Source: the human T2T-CHM13v2.0 reference genome, Homo sapiens. From it: a DNA stretch of 64,000 nt. The notes under the pieces were generated by a model. The model saw nothing but the letters and a program-made list of their open reading frames with translations, had not been told where the DNA came from and made no database searches. Position 1 is the first letter of the stretch, and each line of letters opens with the position of its first letter. Location of the stretch: the NCBI RefSeq assembly GCF_009914755.1, contig NC_060935.1; one strand, given 5' to 3'. Shown here one piece after another: positions 56,815 to 64,000 of this stretch. The position numbers and the translations under genes are program-made.

Positions 56815-57010
56815 GAATGAGACAGATCTGAATTAAATCTCTGAGTCAACAACTTTCTAGCTTTGTGACCATGCCCTGTAATCTAATCTCAAAACCTCAA
56901 TTTTCTAACATGCAAATAAAAATATTACCTGCTTTTTAATAAAACTTTTAATCTTTGTTGGATTAAAAGGTATAATTTATATAATGTGCTTAGCACATTA
57001 TTCAGTAATT
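56815..57010 (+). mobile_element. MIR
   Basis: gacagatctgaattaaatct...ctagctttgtgacc...aacctcaattttctaacatgcaaa...gtgcttagcaca. Confidence 0.6.
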
Positions 57011-59079
57011 TAGTTATCATCTTTTTAACTTGATTGTGCCATATGCATGATTTCTCTCCTTTTATTTCTGACTGATTTGTTTTATTTTGTTTCATAATAT
57101 TATTGTAGTAATTACTATTCAGAGATGTACCTTGGACTTTTGTTTTATTTATTTAGATTTTCTGAAGGCTCAGATTCCTCAGAATTAAATAAAGCTGATT
57201 ATTATATTTATCAAAGTTTGCTTAGTATTCATATTGAGCATTTACTGTGCATTAAGTTCTTTCCTGGCTTCTTAGATACACAAATAAATAAGACATAACT
57301 TCCGCACCACCCACTATTGCAGATATCAGTAGACATTAATCTCTAGGGCCATTTCTGGCCTTAGAAAGAAAGCATGTTAGAAGCTCTTTTTAACTATTCA
57401 GAAATTCAGCATCAGATTAACTCTCCTTCTGCCCTAAATTTATGTAATATATATAGTCATATATTACAATACATGTTTTATTTATATCTTAGCCTAGTAA
57501 CTTCATCTTAATATTTCTATGCCTATAACTGTGTTATGATAATGTCTCCTAAAACTCAGTTTCCTAGTTTTGTAAACTCCTTTCCCACACAATACATTTT
57601 GACTTGGTGCTGTGTTGTCATCTAACAGGCCTCTTTGAAACCCATAATCCATTGGAAACTATAAATGCTATTTGCATGTTCTTCTTATTCCCTAGATAAT
57701 CTTTACTTATTGCAGAAAATCATGTCGGCCAAATTGCAAAATAGAATCAGGAATTTATTTATAAAATTCTAATGCTCTCTTTCAATTTCCAGCTGAATTC
57801 CATGTGAATCAAGTTCTCTTATGTTTTACCACTATATAAGTGGAATATTCATGTATCATATATCGCCAAAAAGTATGGTTAACAGTTATCTTTGATGGAA
57901 CCATTATTCAGGACAAACATTAATTTCTAGATATATAATATAAATATCAAGCTGACATTGAACAGTTTTAGTCCAACACATAGAGACCTTTATGTTGACA
58001 AGTTGAGAAGAGGGAAGTTTGTACTAAGAAGGTATAGTGTTATGGCACAAGTTTATCATTACTGTTAAAAAATCAAATGCCTTTCTTAAGGATTCAGCAT
58101 TCAGACAATTACAAGTCACAAAATTCAGAAACTCGTTTTTGTGGGTCTTCATGAATGAAAAGGAATACTTTATTAAAACCTGAGCAGGGGCTGTGTCGGT
58201 ACTCACAATCTGATGCTCTAACATGTTTGCTGAAATCATCATGTTATGTATTATCAGTTTCAACATGCAGAAAGGGAAACACTTTGTACATAACATGCAT
58301 GCTTGTATTGTTAATTTGCATTTTGTCTTTTTCCACAGCCGCTCTACAGTAAGGTAAATAAGTCATTTAGTCAGGAACTCTGCACATTTACCTCTGCATT
58401 TATCAAATATTTGTTGAAGGAAATAATAAAAGAAGTGAGGAAGAAGAGGTTTCCTGGGTAAGAACTGAAGGAGGTGAAATCTAGATGTTCTGTATTTTTT
58501 AGCCTGCAATTTAACCTTATGATTCTTATGCTCTCTTTTGCCTTAGATATGCATTTCTTGCCTTCTCTTCTTTGATTTCACTGTCAAGGTATAGTCTTGC
58601 CTTGAATACCATTTAAAATATCAGAATTATAAAAAAACTGTAGAAAGTTTTCTTTCTACATTCTAAAGACTCTCACAGTCTAACAATTATTAGCTCAAAG
58701 AGTCAGTAATACGACTGTATTTTGCTGAGCTTCTTCTGATTTCTCAGTCTTATAATGAACAATGTCACTGAACAGTCCCTTGGGTTTCTTCCTAAGCACC
58801 CATTTGCTCTTCAATAATCATAGGAACCTTAGTTTTGTAAACACTGCCATGTAGATAATTTGAGGAAAGCAATGGAAGGCCAATAATATGAGTCAAACTA
58901 ACGACAGGAGAAAAACAAACTTGTTCTGAGAGTCAAGACTCTGGAGTTCTTTTTGCTGTCTTTTTCCAATCTGTATGCCTTGAATATGGCACTTCACTCA
59001 TTGGATTCAATTCTGTAATCATTAAGGGGCTAAAACGGTCAACCACCTTGCATCAAGTTTTATAATGAGGAGGTAGTTA

Positions 59080-59330
59080 AGATCACCAGCTCTTTGACCA
59101 GAGGGCTTTAGTTCAAATTCTGGCTCTAATGTATATTGTTATATAAAACAAGTTTCTGTCTTTTAAAAGAAAATACTTCTGTTTAATTTCAGTTTTGTCA
59201 CATGTGTCATGGCATAAATAATAGTTTCTAAATAACAAGCTGATGTGTCATTTAAATGGATAAATATATTGGAAGCTTATACAATGGTGCCCGCAACAAT
59301 GCAAATTCTCAATAGTGATTAGCTAATGCT
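59080..59330 (+). mobile_element. MIR
   Basis: gttcaaattctggctct...ttcagttttgtcacatgt...ttctcaata. Confidence 0.5.
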
Positions 59331-59921
59331 TCATTAAAGACATTTATTTCTCTTATATTTTTGACAAGACTTACTTTTTACAATTTCTACTATTTTCAGT
59401 AGTAAGACGTTACACAGAAAACATAGTTTCTATTCAAAATGGCAGCCCTAACACTTTTTGAATGCAAGAATCATTTTTTTAGAAAAAGTATACTTGCTTA
59501 GTGTAAATTTCATTAGCTTTTTCACATGTAATGTACAATTGTGCCAAATCACTTCATCCTGGTTATTGTCCTCTGAAATACAGTTCAGGTTATCAATGTT
59601 TTCACAAAATTGTGACACAGATCTTTTTGAATATGGACACTCTGTTGCACAAAATGATAACAGTTAAATTGCATATTATTTTTTTGAACATCATTCTTCT
59701 ACTTCAAAATTTACCAAACACCCTTTAGACAGCTACTTAGGACTTTTTTTTTACATTGAGCAGCACTTTCACTTATCTTTGCTGTCTTGCCACAGAATTT
59801 TCCCTGACTGACCTCACAACACTGAATTTTTTTTTTTTTTGCATTATGTCTAGAATTGCGGTTTACTTTCCCTTTTTTATTACTTCAACTCTTAAAAAAG
59901 AAAGTCTTTCTACATGGTTCT

Positions 59922-60046
59922 TTATATATATATGTATATATATATATACATACATATATATGCATATATCTATACATATATATATGCATATATATATATA
60001 CATACATATATATGCATATATATATGCACATACATATATATATATG
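59922..60046. repeat. (TA)n/(TACA)n/(TGCA) alternating purine-pyrimidine microsatellite
   Basis: Read directly from the sequence. Confidence 0.95.
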
Positions 60047-60308
60047 CTCTGAAATTCCTTGATTGGCTATCTTTGTATTTATTCTTATTTTAATTTATAG
60101 TATTTGTTCTGGTCCTCAATCCCAGCAGGCGGAGGTACAGAACATGAATTTATTCATGCAACCTATTACACTGATTGTCCTTTTAAGTCCTATGCTATAT
60201 GAAATTTAATAAATGAGCCATCTATATATTAAGAAAAACCAAAAATTTGTAAATATTATTGGTGATACCAAAAGCAGAAACCTAAAGCAATCAAATTACC
60301 TTGACTAA

Positions 60309-60677
<369 letters not shown>

Positions 60678-61539
60678 TAATTATTTTTGTTTTGTTTTGA
60701 GATTTTTCCTGATTCAGTGTTTAGATGAAACTCTTATGCTGTTTTACCCTTAAAAGTATGCATAAGCTTGTTTTTTAAAAATCATTTTCAGAAGTAATTG
60801 TAAAAATGTGTTGTATTTGTAAGGAAAATATTCCTCATAAATGTGGGGTCAAAGAGTAAGTATGTAAAATTCAAGTTCAACACTTTTAGTTTTTAAAGTC
60901 TCTGCTGGGTTTTATCTACTTTTTTTTTGAAATTATTCTTGAGGTAACGAGAAAAAGGCCTTGTCACAAACAAAGGCAAAGGTAAAAGAATGCAATTTTC
61001 ATTGGGGGGAAAGAAAAAAAAGAAAAAAAGCTTCTCTGAATTCTGTGTCCTTGCCTGTTTTAGGAGAAAGCACTCGAGGAGCAATAGGTGTCCTCTTTCA
61101 TTTCCACTAAATATGCTGCTCAATGCCTTGTGGCATAACAGAATCAAAACTTTTCAGATGCCCTGCCGCTTTAACAAGACCCAGGATATGTCAAAATGGC
61201 TCCCACAGAACTTTCATTTGATCTTATCTTTCGCTGTCACACACATCGACCTGCATTTTCTTTTTTCTTTTTGATTCTTTATGTCTGCAAATGAACTGAT
61301 GTAATTAAAAAGGTGAAGAAATAACTCTATCTGGCAGGGATGTTTATTGCTGGGTAGCCTGACTTTTTCTTGCCAAGGTAATTGACTTTGCTTGTGATAT
61401 CATTTATTTTCTCTTTCTTTTTGAAATCTGCAACTAAGTATTATATTTCTCTTAATTCTGACACGAAAGTTACATTTATATTTATGGATATAAAATTTAT
61501 TAGGGTCATGAGGCATGGAAGAAAGATGGGGGTTCAGAG

Positions 61540-61750
61540 TAATACACTATTTCTTGAGTCCTTTCTATGAACTTGCCAATGTACTTGGTGCATTATATAC
61601 ATTATCTCACATAATTGTAAGAGATACGCAACATCATGGTATGTATTACTGGTGGATAAACAGGCTTAGAGGAATTAAATCTTGGCCCAGTGTGGTTAAC
61701 AGGTTAACTTGGGATTTGAACATAGATTTACGGGACTCTATAATCCATTC
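61540..61750 (-). mobile_element. MIR
   Basis: tacattatctcacataatt...ggataaacaggcttagaggaattaaatcttggcccag...gggatttgaac. Confidence 0.55.
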
Positions 61751-61854
61751 ATTTTTTTTTTTACTTCTTTTACTATGTTTTCACCTTAAAATAATCCATA
61801 CATATGCAATACATTTAACTTACAACAAACTTATCATTGATAATTATTAGATAG

Positions 61855-62687
61855 CGAAACAGGAAAGTTCCCTGATTCCCATCCCAGGGCATGCGACAGA
61901 GGTGTGGCTTGCCTGCTTGGTCACCCTTTAGCTCAAACCCCTATGGGGAGCATACAGATGGGCAGATGCAGAGGCCGGGTCGGCACGAGCGCTTTTGGGC
62001 TCCAGCCTCATGGCAGCATCTAGGGCTGTATGTCTGCGACTCCCGAAGCACGAGTGGGCATGTGTTACAAAGCTCTTTCAGATATGCCATCTGCAGATGG
62101 CTTGTGTGTTAATCAGCTCAATTGACCCTCTGCCTTATCTCAAGGGCAGAGGGTCAGTGTGACAGCCTTCTGTATCCTGAGCTTTTGCCCAGTATCCTGA
62201 AAGAATCAGATCACACGCTGGCTTAAAGGATGAGTGCAAATTTGTATTGAGGGGTGGAGGTGGCTGTCAGCGAGGTGGATGGGGAGTTGGAAGGAGTGAT
62301 GCGGGGATAAGGTCGTCTCCCCCTGGAGTCGGGTCTCCCAGCAGCCGGACTCTTCTCCAACTGCCCCCGGCTGAATTCCCCTCAGTGTCTAAACGTCCCT
62401 CCTCTTCTCTCTTTCTCTGCCGCTTTTTTCCACCATTGCTGGTCTGTTGGTCTGCTGGTCTCGATGTTCAGCTGCTTGTGTGTTTGTCTGCTAAGGTCTG
62501 GGGTTTATATGGGCACAAGGTGGAGGGCGTGGTGGGCCAGAGATGTCTGGGAAAAATGCAACATTCGGGCACGAAAACAGGAGTGCTTGTTCTCACTTAG
62601 GTCCATGCGCACAGGGCCTGAGGTTGGAGCCCTGGCCAGGAACCCAACTCTCCTCTACCCAGCACTTCCCTGCCCCCTCCTGTATCA
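61855..62687 (-). mobile_element. ERV1 solo LTR of the LTR1/LTR27/LTR28 group
   Basis: Minus strand begins TGATACAGGAGGGGGCAGGGAAGTGCTGGGTAGAG and ends ...GGGAACTTTCCTGTTTCG; 833 bp; perfect 4-bp TSD ATAG (61851-61854, 62688-62691); TATAAA on the minus strand at about 62504-62509. Confidence 0.85.
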
Positions 62688-63530
62688 ATAGTATGTCAAA
62701 AAGGAATAACACCTAATGACATTTATTTATTTATTTTTTCACCAATAGATCATCAGGTGCTGTGATAATTTATGTCCCTAAATAAATTTCTGATTATTTT
62801 AATGTAAAGATATAAAGCATGTAGATCTAAATATGTGACTCTTTCCTTTGCTATTCTTTATACATAGGAAGAGTATTGCCATTGTGATTGCCACTGGAGC
62901 TGCTTACCAAATATATCTGGCTCTTCATATTCCAATCATATAATGAATTCAAAGTCTTTGGGGGTTAGGTTGCTTTTGGCCATATGAGATTAAGTGATAA
63001 ACGCCATTTCTAGTTCTAAAGCTTTAAAAAAAAATAGACCCCATTTCACTCACTCCATCCCTTTCTACTTTTGTATGATTATTGGCAGTCAGGTTGAGAT
63101 AAAGTGTTTTTTAGCCTGGGCTGCTGGGTAACTCCAATGAGCAGACATCCCTTTTAAGTTGGGATAGCTTACATTTTGCTGTAGTAATTAAAACCTTCCA
63201 GATGAGACCATCCATGGCTTAATCCAATAAAGGATTATTTCTCACTCATGCAAAATACTCATGGGCTCTCTAAGGACTCTGCTCCATGTTTTAATTATTC
63301 TCCATCTGCTTGGACAAAGAGATAACACCAAATATCTATGAAAAGCCCTAATGCCAGTCACAGCCTCAGGCCCATCTCCTTGTATTAGACATATAGCATA
63401 AGAAGAAATAATCTTCTATAGTGTTAATCCAGGGAGGTGTTGGGGTTGTTTGTTAGTGCAGCAAAATCTAGCTTAGTGGGATCCAAACATTCATCAATAA
63501 ATAATTGGTTAAGAAATCACGGTTCACATT

Positions 63531-63673
63531 AAGTGGCAGTTACCAATCCTAGGTACACATTTGAATTACCTAAAATGTTTGTAAGAATACCAGTGCTGGG
63601 TGCACCACTCACCAAAATCATCAGAAACTTACAGGCGGCCTAATCAGGGTCTAGGCCTTGGTGAGAACCACTG
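63531..63673. mobile_element. MER5A-like hAT MITE
   Basis: cacatttgaattacct...ataccagtgctgggtgc; terminal gagaaccactg. Confidence 0.55.
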
Positions 63674-64000
63674 AAATATGCTATTGAATATTTGGCATAC
63701 GACACAAAACTGTAAGCAATGGTTTACAGTCACACCTATTATCCTTAAAAATCTATTTCAAATGTAAAAGCAAGTTCCAAAATGCTTTGATATTTACTCT
63801 ACAGCTATGTACCTATATTTACTTAAACATGCAGAAAAGTTAAAAATACTACACTACAAAATGTTACACATGTTTACTTCTGAGAAGTGGGTAGGACTTT
63901 CCATGACTTATTAAGAGTAAAGAAAAAGATTGTATATTACACTAAGTTTTACTTTTTTCTAAGATTTTGCTGCTTATTTTCTGTTTCCATAATCATAACC

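Noticed and set aside
58207-58229. Minus-strand 23-nt exon candidate (tttcag|CAAACATGTTAGAGCATCAGATT|gtgagt)
   Set aside because: Weak polypyrimidine tract, frame-shifting length and no recognisable peptide; not supportable without data.

Overview
AT-rich primate genomic DNA, most likely human or hominoid (it carries Alu, L1, L2, MIR, MaLR, HERV-W and HERV-L). No intact protein-coding gene, RNA gene or CRISPR array is supportable. The ORF track is mostly noise or decayed transposon ORFs. Main elements: the 3' end of an internally deleted HERV-W provirus with a complete LTR17 (1-1698); a near full-length Tigger1 nested in an L2; a Tigger3-type element whose end, together with its unique flank, is duplicated in inverted orientation about 1.5 kb away; a 3'-truncated HERV-L provirus with an MLT2A1 5' LTR (21780-26565); an apparently full-length old L1MA-type element (about 29.6-37.9 kb, minus strand) containing a templated insertion and a roughly 300-nt polypyrimidine tract; about nine Alu-family SINEs; several MaLR LTRs; and an ERV1 solo LTR. 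I did not find a convincing new biological system. The best leads are two local rearrangement scars (the inverted duplication and the templated insertion) and two splice-signal-defined exon candidates, one of which looks like a neural microexon. Subfamily names come from my recall of consensus sequences and need confirming with RepeatMasker/Dfam. Boundaries of old elements are approximate.
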